From assembly GCA_034664005.1 (NCBI GenBank), contig JAXDIL010000118.1, forward strand, positions 25,400 to 89,399: a DNA stretch of 64,000 bases, written 5' to 3'. Below, in pieces: positions 32,646 through 40,649 of this stretch. Position 1 is the first letter of the stretch. The number at the start of each line of letters is the position of its first letter. The notes beneath the pieces are model-generated. The model did not search any database, was not told where the DNA came from, and saw nothing but the letters and a program-made list of their open reading frames with translations. A program made the translations under genes and the position numbers. The DNA comes from Thermoleophilaceae bacterium. Lineage in GTDB: Bacteria; Actinomycetota; Thermoleophilia; Solirubrobacterales; Thermoleophilaceae.

Positions 32646-33473
32646 TTACGAGCGTGACAAGTGCGGGCGCTCGAGGCTGCGGGTGGCCTGATCCCACAGC
32701 CGCGAGACGCCCGCGGTCCCGAACTCGCGCACGCGCGTGACGGCGTCGAGGTCGAGCACGTCGGTGAGCAGCTCCTCGCCGTCCCCGGCCTGGATCCGCA
32801 CGAGCCCCTCGGGGTCGACGATCAGGCTGCGCCCGAGCCCCGCCGGCGAGCCGGCGTTCAGCGACACGACGTAGAGCTGGTTGAAGATCGCGTTCGCGCG
32901 CGCCATGACCAGCTCCTGGCTGCGGTCGCTCGTCGTGGTGAGGCTCGGCTGGAGCACCACCTCCGCCCCCATCCAGGCGAGCTCGCGGCACGTCTCGGGA
33001 AAGCTGCCGTCGTAACAGATCGACAGTCCGATGCGGCCTACGTCCGGCACGTCGAAGGTGACGAAGCGCTCACCGGGGACACACGACTCGTGCGGCTGCC
33101 AGGGGAACACCTTCCTGTAAGTCGCGGCGAGCTCGCCGTCCGGCGAGAGCACCAGGCAGGTGTTGTGCACGCCCCCGGCATCGGCGCGCTCGTACACCGA
33201 GCCCGGGACGAGCCAGACGCCGTGGGCGCGCGCAAGCTCGCCGAGCGCCTCCGTCAGAGGGCCCGGCACGTCGACGGCCGGCTCGGCGCCGTCGTCGTGG
33301 GACTCGAGCGCCGGCGGGAGTGCCGCGAGATGGAGCTCCGGGAACATGACGAGCCGCGTGGCGGGCGCGATCGCCATCACGCGCGCCACCTGCTCGGCCA
33401 TGCGCCGCAGCGTCGCCTCGGGATCGCGAGCGACCGGCGAGGTCTGGAGCGCGGCGATCGGCAGCGGTCGCAC
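32646..33473 (-). CDS. Carbon-nitrogen hydrolase (nitrilase/amidase superfamily)
   Basis: 275 aa from GTG 33473, which shares a base with the TAG stop of the upstream gene. Catalytic-triad-type blocks FPELHL, YRKVFPW and GLSICYDGSFPE. The 603-aa track ORF is a run-on through the upstream gene in another frame. Confidence 0.8.
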   Translation of the reverse strand: MRPLPIAALQTSPVARDPEATLRRMAEQVARVMAIAPATRLVMFPELHLAALPPALESHDDGAEPAVDVPGPLTEALGELARAHGVWLVPGSVYERADAGGVHNTCLVLSPDGELAATYRKVFPWQPHESCVPGERFVTFDVPDVGRIGLSICYDGSFPETCRELAWMGAEVVLQPSLTTTSDRSQELVMARANAIFNQLYVVSLNAGSPAGLGRSLIVDPEGLVRIQAGDGEELLTDVLDLDAVTRVREFGTAGVSRLWDQATRSLERPHLSRS

Positions 33474-34609
33474 TAAGAGCCGATCGCGCGCTGGAACGCC
33501 TCCGTCACCTCCTGCCCCAGCTGACCGCCGAGCACGGGCTCGAAGCTGCAGTTCGCCGTGTACTGCTCGCTCGGGAAGATGAGCTGGCTGTTCGCGAGCG
33601 CGGGGTCGCGCTTGCGCAGGATCTCCTTGACGCCCTGCACGGGCGTCACGTAGTTGACCCACTCCGCGATGTCGGCCTGGACCTCCGGGTCGTAGACGAA
33701 GTTGATGAAGGCCTGCGCCGCCTGCGCGTTCGGCGCACCCGCCGGGATCTCCATGCTTGTCGACCAGAGCATGCAGCCCTCCTTCGGCATCACGAACTTG
33801 ATGCTGGGGCTGTCCTTCTGGAGCTGCACCGCGTCGCCCGACCATCCGAGCGCGATCCAGGTGTCGCCCTTCGGCAGGTCCTTGATGTACTCGTTGCCGG
33901 TGAACTTGCGGATCTGGCCGGAGCCGGCCGCCTCGGCGACCTTGTCGACCGCGCTCAGCCAGTCGTCCTTCGACGCCTTGTCCGGATCGATGCCCATGCT
34001 CTTCAGCGTCATCGGGACGGTGTCGCGCATCTCGGTGAGCATCGAGACCTTGCCCTTGTACTTCGGGTCGAACAGGTCGGCGATCTCGTCGACGCCCGGG
34101 GCCAGGTCGGAGCGGACGATCAGCCCGGTCATGCCGCTCTGCCAGGGAATCGTGAACTCGCGCTTCGGGTCGGCCGCCGGGTGCCGGAGCGCCGGAAGCA
34201 TGTTCTTCTTCACGTTCGGCAGCTGCGAGTAGTCGAAGCGCTGGAGGTAGCCGAGCTTGTACATCCGCGCAGCGAGCCAGTCGCTGAGGGTGATCATGCT
34301 GCGCCCGCCGGTGTCGCCCCGCTCGAGGAGCGGCCGGAGCTTCCCGAAGAACTCGTTGTTGTCGTTGATCTCCTCGACGTACTTGACGTCGACGCCGCTC
34401 GCCTTCTCGAACTCGGCGATCGTGCCGCGCTTGCCCGGGTCGATGTAGAGCGGCCACTGGGAGATCGTGAGCTTGCCGCCCACCTCGCCCTTCTTGACGA
34501 CGGGTGCCTTCTCGTCACCCGACGTAGCCGTCGGCTCGTCGGTGCCGCATCCGGCGGCTGCGAGCGAGGCCAGGACGGCGAGCGTTGCGACCGGCATCCA
34601 GCGAGTCAT
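33473..34609 (-). CDS. Polyamine (spermidine/putrescine-type) ABC transporter substrate-binding lipoprotein
   Basis: PotD/PotF-like blocks (LTISQWPLYIDP, IPWQSGMTGL, GDTWIALGWSGD) and lipobox LAAAGCGTD. Start taken at ATG 34609 (MTRWMPVATL); the track start is 34645. Confidence 0.8.
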   Translation of the reverse strand: MTRWMPVATLAVLASLAAAGCGTDEPTATSGDEKAPVVKKGEVGGKLTISQWPLYIDPGKRGTIAEFEKASGVDVKYVEEINDNNEFFGKLRPLLERGDTGGRSMITLSDWLAARMYKLGYLQRFDYSQLPNVKKNMLPALRHPAADPKREFTIPWQSGMTGLIVRSDLAPGVDEIADLFDPKYKGKVSMLTEMRDTVPMTLKSMGIDPDKASKDDWLSAVDKVAEAAGSGQIRKFTGNEYIKDLPKGDTWIALGWSGDAVQLQKDSPSIKFVMPKEGCMLWSTSMEIPAGAPNAQAAQAFINFVYDPEVQADIAEWVNYVTPVQGVKEILRKRDPALANSQLIFPSEQYTANCSFEPVLGGQLGQEVTEAFQRAIGS

Positions 34610-34657
34610 GCCACCCCTCCGTGAGTTTCTCGAATCCGATTTCATAAACTAACCGGA

Positions 34658-35281
34658 ATGCGGCCCAGAAACCAGGCCCAGCGTCGCCGTCAATTGGCGA
34701 ACGCCGGTAGACGAGTACTGCTGGAGCGGGGCGCTGTGGGGCTCCGCGTGAAGGACATCGCCGAGCGTGCGGGCATCGCGCCGAGCTCGGTCCTCTACTA
34801 CTACCCGCGCATCGACGAGCTGATGATGGAGGTCTCGCGTGAGGCGATGGAGCGCTACGCAGAGCGCCGCTCGCGCCGGGTCCGCGCGCTCGGCGACCCG
34901 CTCGCCCAGCTCCGGCTCGCGATCCACCTCGGGGTGCCGACCGGCCCGGACGACGAGGACAGCCGCCTGCTCTACGAGCTCGACGCGTTCGTGGGATCGA
35001 GCCCGGCCTTCCGCGTGCTGAGCTCCTCGTTCTTCGACAGGCAGGCGCTGCTCTACCAGCACGTGCTGGAGTCAGGCGCCGCGCAGGGGACGTTCGAGCT
35101 CCGCACGCGGGCCGAGGCGCTCGCACGCGGCCTCGTGGCCATGGAGGACGGTCTCGGCCTCCAGGTGGTGGTGGGCCATCCGGGGCTGGACAGCGCGGCG
35201 GCGGAGCTGATCCTGCTCCAGCACGCCGGCGCCGCGACGGGGACCGACCTCGAGCGCGTGGCGATCGAGAGCCGCTGGTAG
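34658..35281 (+). CDS. TetR family transcriptional regulator
   Basis: 207 aa. N-terminal HTH (RRQLANAGRRVLLERGAVGLRVKDIAERAGIAPSSVLYYYP). Divergent from the polyamine SBP gene. Confidence 0.85.
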   Translation: MRPRNQAQRRRQLANAGRRVLLERGAVGLRVKDIAERAGIAPSSVLYYYPRIDELMMEVSREAMERYAERRSRRVRALGDPLAQLRLAIHLGVPTGPDDEDSRLLYELDAFVGSSPAFRVLSSSFFDRQALLYQHVLESGAAQGTFELRTRAEALARGLVAMEDGLGLQVVVGHPGLDSAAAELILLQHAGAATGTDLERVAIESRW

Positions 35282-35397
35282 GAGCGAAGCGGCGCCGGCC
35301 TTGAGGGAAGACCGGCGCCGTCCGCTCGTGGGGGGTTGTTGGTTGGAGCCCCCCGATGCTGCGCGGACGGGCCGGGACCCGCGTGCGCAGCAGGCTC

Positions 35398-35697
35398 TTA
35401 GGCGTGCGAGAGGCCGCGGCGCAGCAGACGGCGGAGTCCACGCCAGCGCGGGACGCCGGCGCCGTCCGCCGCCTCGATCTGCATGCGGCGCAGCTCGAGG
35501 AGATCCACCAGCTCAGCGGTGCGGTGGAACGGATCGGCGATCGCGCGTCCGCTGCCTAGTGGGAGCGCCGCGAGGACGCGCGAGTCGGCCTCCGCGACCA
35601 GCGCGGGGCCCCTCGGTGGGCTCGTGCTGTCCAATGCGGCCAGCCTCGCGAGCGCGCTCTCGTCGCCTGAATGTGACCTACGGACCGTTACGTTCAT
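35398..35697 (-). CDS. Hypothetical small protein
   Basis: 99 aa from ATG 35697 (MNVTVRRSHSGDESALARLAALDS...). No motif recognised. Confidence 0.45.
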   Translation of the reverse strand: MNVTVRRSHSGDESALARLAALDSTSPPRGPALVAEADSRVLAALPLGSGRAIADPFHRTAELVDLLELRRMQIEAADGAGVPRWRGLRRLLRRGLSHA

Positions 35698-35750
35698 GTG
35701 TGGGACCCCCTGGTGGTACACCCGTTGCGTGTATGACTAACTAGTGATAG

Positions 35751-35785
35751 TGTACGACCTACAATCGTGTCTGCAATGTCGTACA
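35751..35785. promoter_or_regulatory. Inverted repeat in the A/T-richer leader of the MocR-type regulator gene (candidate operator)
   Basis: TGTACGAC (35751-35758) and GTCGTACA (35778-35785) are perfect reverse complements separated by 19 nt. The second arm overlaps the ATG at 35776. Confidence 0.4.
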
Positions 35786-37275
35786 AGATCGATTTGTCTC
35801 AGCTCACGCGCGCTGGAGCCGTCTCGCTCACGCAGCAGGTGGTCGACCGCTTCGTGGCGGCGATCGAGTCGGGCGAGCTCGAGCCGGGCGAGAAGCTTCC
35901 GCCCACCCGTGAGCTGGCCGAGCTTGTTGGCGTGAACCACCTGACCGCGGCGCGCGTGTACCGGCGGCTCGCGGAGCTCGGCTACGTGACCGCGAGCGTT
36001 GGCCGCGGCACCTTCGTGCGCGCGCTCGCACCGGCCGGCAGCGCCGAGCTGGGCGACGACTGGCAGATCTACGCGCTACCGGATCGGGAGCTGAGCTACT
36101 CAGAGCAGGTGCTCGCCGACGCGATGTCGAGCGCCGGCCAGCCGGACCTGATCTCGCTCGCCGTGGGCTGGCCGTCGCCGCGCCTCTATCCCACCGAGGA
36201 GCTCGCTCGGATCACGGCCGACGTGTTCGCCGAGGAGGGGGGCGAGGCGCTCTCCTACCTGCCCGCCGAGGGCCTGTACGCGCTACGCGAGCAGCTCGCG
36301 GAGCGCGGCCGCAGGTACGGCTTCGCCGACGATCCGGACGAGATCATCGTCACGTCGGGGGCCAAGCAGGGCATCAGCCTGGTCGCGCGGGCGGTACTCG
36401 AGCCGGGCGACGTCGCGGTCGTCGAGTCACCGACCTTCGCCGGCCTGCTCGACTCGCTCAGGCAGACGGGCGCCCGCGTGATCGGCGTGCCGGTGGACGA
36501 GGACGGCTTCGACGTCGGCCAGCTGGAGCAGCTGCTCGCCCGCCACGAGGTGAAGCTCGTGGCGCTGCAGACGGCGTGCCAGAACCCCACCGGGCGCGAC
36601 ATATCCGAGGAGCGCCGCGCCCGGCTGGCCGAGCTCGCGATCGAGCGGAACTTCTTCGTGCTCGAGGACCGCGTCTACGCCGACGCGAACTTCGGGCGCG
36701 AGACGGTGCGCCCGCTGCGTGAGCTGGCCCCGGCGCACGTGGTCTACGTGAACTCGCTGTCGAAGGTGGTGGGCGGCGGCCTTCGCGCCGGCTGGGTCGC
36801 CGCGCGCGGGCCGATCCGCGAGCGCATCGCCACGATGAAGCTCGAGAGCGACTTCCACTCCGCCACGCTGATCCAGCACATCGCCGCGCGCTGGCTCGCG
36901 ACGGGCGCGTACGACAGGCATCTCGAGGAGACCCAGCCCTTCTACCGCGAACGGCGCGACGCGCTGCTCGCCGCGCTCGAGCGGCACCTCCCCGGCGAGT
37001 ACCAGGCGGACGCGCCCCAGGGCGGCCACCACGTGTGGGTCACGCTCTCGCGCCCGCTCGACGAGCGCGCGCTCTACACCGAGGCGGCGCGCCACGGCGT
37101 GGCCTTCATCCCGGGTGACGCGATCACCGCCGAGCGGCGCACGCTCACCTCGATGCGGCTTTCCTTCTCGCTGCTCGACCCGCCGGAGCTCGACGAGGGC
37201 GTGAAGCGGCTCGCTCGCGCGATCCGCGAGGTGCGGCGCCGGTCGCGGAACGCGATCGCCGCGCCGATGTCGTAG
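35767..37275 (+). CDS. MocR/PdxR-type regulator (GntR HTH fused to a PLP aminotransferase-like domain)
   Basis: 502 aa. N-terminal GntR wHTH (GEKLPPTRELAELVGVNHLTAARVYRRLAELGYV) followed by a fold-type I aminotransferase-like domain (NSLSKVVGGGLRAGWV). The start is GTG 35767 or ATG 35776. Confidence 0.88.
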   Translation: MSAMSYKIDLSQLTRAGAVSLTQQVVDRFVAAIESGELEPGEKLPPTRELAELVGVNHLTAARVYRRLAELGYVTASVGRGTFVRALAPAGSAELGDDWQIYALPDRELSYSEQVLADAMSSAGQPDLISLAVGWPSPRLYPTEELARITADVFAEEGGEALSYLPAEGLYALREQLAERGRRYGFADDPDEIIVTSGAKQGISLVARAVLEPGDVAVVESPTFAGLLDSLRQTGARVIGVPVDEDGFDVGQLEQLLARHEVKLVALQTACQNPTGRDISEERRARLAELAIERNFFVLEDRVYADANFGRETVRPLRELAPAHVVYVNSLSKVVGGGLRAGWVAARGPIRERIATMKLESDFHSATLIQHIAARWLATGAYDRHLEETQPFYRERRDALLAALERHLPGEYQADAPQGGHHVWVTLSRPLDERALYTEAARHGVAFIPGDAITAERRTLTSMRLSFSLLDPPELDEGVKRLARAIREVRRRSRNAIAAPMS

Positions 37276-37285
37276 CGCGCGCCGG

Positions 37286-37672
37286 CTAGAGCTTCTGCCA
37301 GAGGCCGCCGAGCGCGCGCAGCTCGTCCCGCGTGAAGCGGTCCAGGAACAGGCGGCGGACCCCGTCGAGGTGCGTCTGGCGCGCTTCGGCGAAGACGCGC
37401 CGGCCCTCGTCGGTGATCTCCGCGAACAGGCCGCGCGCGTCGCTCTCGCAGCGCTCGCGCCTGAGGAGGCCCTCACGCTCGAGCCGGTCCACGAGGCGCG
37501 TGAGCCCGCTCCGGCTGATCAGAACGGAGTCGGCAAGGTCCGACATGCGCATGCGGCCGCCCTCCGAGTCGTTCAGGAAGAGCAGCACCTCATACGACGA
37601 GAGCGGCATATCGTGGTCGCGTGCCAGCTCCGCGTCGAGCGTCTTCACGAGCTCGGCGTGCGCGCGCAGCAT
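37286..37672 (-). CDS. MarR family transcriptional regulator
   Basis: wHTH block MRMSDLADSVLISRSGLTRLVDRLEREGLLRRERCESDARGLFAEITDEGRRVF. The first canonical in-frame start downstream of the TATAAT box is ATG 37672. A longer N-terminus would need a non-canonical start (for example CTG 37705). The track start 37867 overlaps the divergent gene. Confidence 0.8.
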   Translation of the reverse strand: MLRAHAELVKTLDAELARDHDMPLSSYEVLLFLNDSEGGRMRMSDLADSVLISRSGLTRLVDRLEREGLLRRERCESDARGLFAEITDEGRRVFAEARQTHLDGVRRLFLDRFTRDELRALGGLWQKL

Positions 37673-37721
37673 GCCGCGCCACGCGGCGAGCTCCTCGTCG
37701 CTCAGAAGCGCTGCTGTAGAG

Positions 37722-37744
37722 TGATTGCTGATGCAATCATTATA
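37722..37744. promoter_or_regulatory. Perfect palindrome plus TATAAT box between the divergent MarR and esterase genes (candidate MarR operator and promoter)
   Basis: TGATTGC-TGAT-GCAATCA at 37722-37739 (7-bp arms). ATTATA at 37739-37744 reads TATAAT on the minus strand, directly upstream of the MarR gene. The palindrome covers the ATG (37731) of the esterase gene. Confidence 0.5.
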
Positions 37745-38396
37745 CCGTCCAGCCGCCGGCGACCCCGAGGGGGCGCTCGTCCTCCTCCACGGGCGCGGGG
37801 CCGACGAGCACGACCTCTTCCCCCTGCTCGACATGCTCGACCCCGAGCGCAGGCTGCTCGGCGCCACGGCACGCGGCCCACTGTCGCTACCGCCTGGCGG
37901 CGCTCACTGGTACGTCGTCAAGCAGGTGGGCTATCCGGACCCCGAGACCTTCCACGCCACATACCCCCAGCTGGCGACATGGCTCGACGAGCTGTTGGCC
38001 GAGCACGACATCCCACACGACCGGACCGTGGTCGGCGGTTTCTCGCAGGGATCGGTGATGGCCTACGCGCTCGGCCTCGGCGCGCGGCGCCCGCGCCCCG
38101 CCGGGATCATCGCCCTGAGCGGCTTCATCCCGGAGGTCGAGGGCTTCACGATCGACTTCGACGCGGCCGCGGGGCTGCCCGTGGCGATCGGGCATGGCAC
38201 GCAGGACCCCGTCATCTCTGTGGAGTTCGCCCGCCAGGCACGCGACCTGCTCGTGGACGCGGGGGCCGCCGTGACCTACCGCGAGTCGCCGATGGGGCAC
38301 ACCATCGACCCCGTCTTCCTCCGGGAGCTCTCCGGCTGGACGCGCGAGACGCTCGCGTCAGCCGCGCCCGAAGGCTCGTCGCAGCCGGTCGAGTAG
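37731..38396 (+). CDS. Phospholipase/carboxylesterase family alpha/beta hydrolase
   Basis: ALVLLHGRGADEHDL and the nucleophile elbow VVGGFSQGSVMAY, with a later HG...D/H block. Typical of the PF02230-like esterase family. Confidence 0.8.
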   Translation: MQSLYRPAAGDPEGALVLLHGRGADEHDLFPLLDMLDPERRLLGATARGPLSLPPGGAHWYVVKQVGYPDPETFHATYPQLATWLDELLAEHDIPHDRTVVGGFSQGSVMAYALGLGARRPRPAGIIALSGFIPEVEGFTIDFDAAAGLPVAIGHGTQDPVISVEFARQARDLLVDAGAAVTYRESPMGHTIDPVFLRELSGWTRETLASAAPEGSSQPVE

Positions 38397-38987
38397 AGCC
38401 CGGAAGAAGAGCGAGAAGCCGCCGATCGGCTTGGTGGTGGTCGGCGCGTCGCTGCCACCGACGGCCGCAGGAGCCGCCGCCGCACCCTCGGGCGTGGCCG
38501 CCAGGACAGCGTCGATAACGCTCGGCTCGGCCGCCGGCGGCGCCTCGATCTTCTGCTGGAGGCAGTCCACGAAGTCCCTGAGCAGCCTGTTCGAGATGTC
38601 CTCGATCATCCCGCCGCGACCGAAGCGCGCGAGGCGGCCCGTGATCGTGAAGTCGGTCTCCACGTCCACCCGCGTGACGTCGCCCTCGGAGTGCATGGTG
38701 CTCACGATCGTCGCCTTGGCCGAGCCCTGGCCGCGCTTGTCCTGGCCGCTCGCCCGCATCACGACCCGGCGCGCCCGCTCGTCGAGCTCCTCCAGGCTGA
38801 GCTCGCCCCGGTAGGCGGCCGTCGTGGGACCGAGGCGCACGCTGAAGCTACCCCGGTAGGTGCCGTCCTCGCCGGCCTCGCTGATCTCGGCGCCGGGCAG
38901 GCAGGGCGCCACGCGCTCGACATCCACGAGCGTCTCCCAGACCCGCTCGACCGGTGCGCGCACCTCGAACGAGTGCTGAAGCTTCAT
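38358..38987 (-). CDS. coxG: SRPBCC-fold CoxG family protein
   Basis: 209 aa. MKLQHSFEVRAPVERVWETLVDVERVAPCLPGAEI...TGRLARFGRGGMIEDISNRLLRDF is the CoxG pattern. Last gene of the cox-type operon. Confidence 0.85.
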   Translation of the reverse strand: MKLQHSFEVRAPVERVWETLVDVERVAPCLPGAEISEAGEDGTYRGSFSVRLGPTTAAYRGELSLEELDERARRVVMRASGQDKRGQGSAKATIVSTMHSEGDVTRVDVETDFTITGRLARFGRGGMIEDISNRLLRDFVDCLQQKIEAPPAAEPSVIDAVLAATPEGAAAAPAAVGGSDAPTTTKPIGGFSLFFRALLDRLRRAFGRG

Positions 38988-39577
38988 CGCACCTGGGCGC
39001 CTTTCACCGGCCCACCCACCCGGAGCGTGTCGAGCTCCGCCGGGGTGTCGACGTCCTCACCGCCGCCGAGGTCGTCACAGGGCACCTCCAGCACCTGAGC
39101 GCTCAGCAACAGGTTGCGCGCGCCGCGGTCGCCGCTGACGTTGCGAAGCGGTTCGAAGAGGTCCCGCTCGAGCAGCACCGGGTGGCCGGGGCTCCCCGAG
39201 TAGGTGGCGCGCACAGCCGAGGCGCCGCTGCGGGCCTCGATCACGCGGCGGATGGCGTCCGGTGACATGCGCGGCTGGTCTCCGAGCGTCACCACGACGG
39301 CCTCGCAGTCGGCCAGCTCGCCCAGCCCGCAGGCGAGCGAGGCCGCCTGGCCCTCCGCCCAGCGCTCGCATACGTGTGGCTCGGCGCCGTGCAGGTTCAC
39401 GCCGGCGACGATCTCGTCGGCGCCCGAGCCGAGCACCACGACCACGCGGCCGACCGGCGCGGCGGCCATCGCTCGCAGCGAGTGCTCGAGCATGGGCACG
39501 CCGTCGAGCTCGGCGAGCTGCTTCGGCGCGCCGAAGCGGGTGGCGGCCCCGGCCGCGAGGACGAGTCCGCCGATCAA
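38984..39577 (-). CDS. mocA: Molybdenum cofactor cytidylyltransferase-like nucleotidyltransferase
   Basis: 197 aa. N-terminal LVLAAGAATRFGAPKQLAELDGVPMLEH (NTP_transf_3 / MobA-like signature). 4-nt overlaps on both sides. Confidence 0.8.
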   Translation of the reverse strand: MIGGLVLAAGAATRFGAPKQLAELDGVPMLEHSLRAMAAAPVGRVVVVLGSGADEIVAGVNLHGAEPHVCERWAEGQAASLACGLGELADCEAVVVTLGDQPRMSPDAIRRVIEARSGASAVRATYSGSPGHPVLLERDLFEPLRNVSGDRGARNLLLSAQVLEVPCDDLGGGEDVDTPAELDTLRVGGPVKGAQVR

Positions 39578-40338
39578 GCGCCCACCTCGTGGATGCGTCC
39601 CACGGCGTTCGAGAGCCGTCCGCCGTCGCGCCCGTTTCGTACCGCCACGACCTCGGCCATGATCGACAGCGCGGTCTCCTCCGGGCTCACCGCGCCGAGG
39701 TCAAGCCCGATCGGCGCGGCAACGCGCTCGAGCAGCTCCTCGTCCAGCCCGGCGGCCAGCAGGCGCTCGCGGCGCTGCGCCTGCGCGCGGCGGCTTCCCA
39801 TTGCGCCGACGTAGGCGGCGTCCGAGCGCAGCGCGATCGAGAGGGCCGCGTCGTCCAGCTTGGGGTCGTGCGTGAGGATCGCGATGTAGGTGGCCCGGTC
39901 GATCCCGCCGAGGCGAGCGAACGCCTCCTCCGGCCACGCGGCGATGACCTCCTCCGCGTCGGGGAAGCGCTCCGGCGTGGCGAACTGGGAGCGCGGGTCG
40001 CAGACGAACGAACGCCAGCCCGCTGCCCGCGCCAGCCGCGAGAGGGAGGCGGCGTAGTCCACCGCCCCGAAGACGATCAGGCGCGGCGCCGGGGCCACCA
40101 CGTCAACGAACAGCGTGACCTCGCCGGCCTCGCGAGTCTCGGAGCGCTCCGCCCAGAGCAGCTCCTCCGCTGCCTCGACGCCCGCCCGGTCCAGCTCAGC
40201 CGAGCCGAGTCCGCCCTCCGTGCTGCCGTCGGCGCGCACGAGCAGCTTGGCGCCGACCTCGCCTCCGGCGATCACCGTGACGAGCGCCGCGCGGCCGTCC
40301 GCGGCAGCGATCTCGGCGAACTCGCCCTGCAGGCTCAC
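39574..40338 (-). CDS. XdhC/CoxI family accessory protein (Rossmann-like C-terminal module)
   Basis: 254 aa. LIVFGAVDYAASLSRLARAAGWRSFVCDPR...ILTHDPKLDDAAL...YVGAMGSRR, typical of XdhC_C. Confidence 0.85.
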   Translation of the reverse strand: MSLQGEFAEIAAADGRAALVTVIAGGEVGAKLLVRADGSTEGGLGSAELDRAGVEAAEELLWAERSETREAGEVTLFVDVVAPAPRLIVFGAVDYAASLSRLARAAGWRSFVCDPRSQFATPERFPDAEEVIAAWPEEAFARLGGIDRATYIAILTHDPKLDDAALSIALRSDAAYVGAMGSRRAQAQRRERLLAAGLDEELLERVAAPIGLDLGAVSPEETALSIMAEVVAVRNGRDGGRLSNAVGRIHEVGA

Positions 40339-40649
40339 CGCGTGAACTCCTCCACAAACACATCTATCTCCCCTCCGCAGGGAAGCCCGACATCCCAGGC
40401 CTCGCTGTCGGCGATGCCGAAGTGGAGAAGCTTGGGCGAGTCGCCGCGGAGCACCTCGGCCGCGGCCTCCACGACCGCGCCCTCCACGCAGCCGCCCGAG
40501 ACCGCGCCCGACACCTCGCCGCGCTCGTTCACGGCCATCTTCGCGCCGGGCGCGCGCGGCGCCGAGCGCTTCACGCCCACCACCGTCGCGATCGCCACGC
40601 GGTCGCCGCGATCGGACCAGGCGCGCACGTCGTCAAGAACGTCCTTCAT
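40335..40649 (-). CDS. XdhC/CoxI family N-terminal-domain protein (separate small ORF)
   Basis: 104 aa from ATG 40649: MKDVLDDVRAWSDRGDRVAIATVVGVKRSAPRAPGAKMAVNERGEVSGAVSGGCVEGAV. The longer track ORF (to 41429) is run-on. Confidence 0.8.
   Translation of the reverse strand: MKDVLDDVRAWSDRGDRVAIATVVGVKRSAPRAPGAKMAVNERGEVSGAVSGGCVEGAVVEAAAEVLRGDSPKLLHFGIADSEAWDVGLPCGGEIDVFVEEFTR

Noticed and set aside
32646-34457. 603-aa minus-strand ORF
   Set aside because: Only the C-terminal 275 codons (from GTG 33473) look like a CN-hydrolase. The N-terminal part is an out-of-frame read through the polyamine-binding protein gene.
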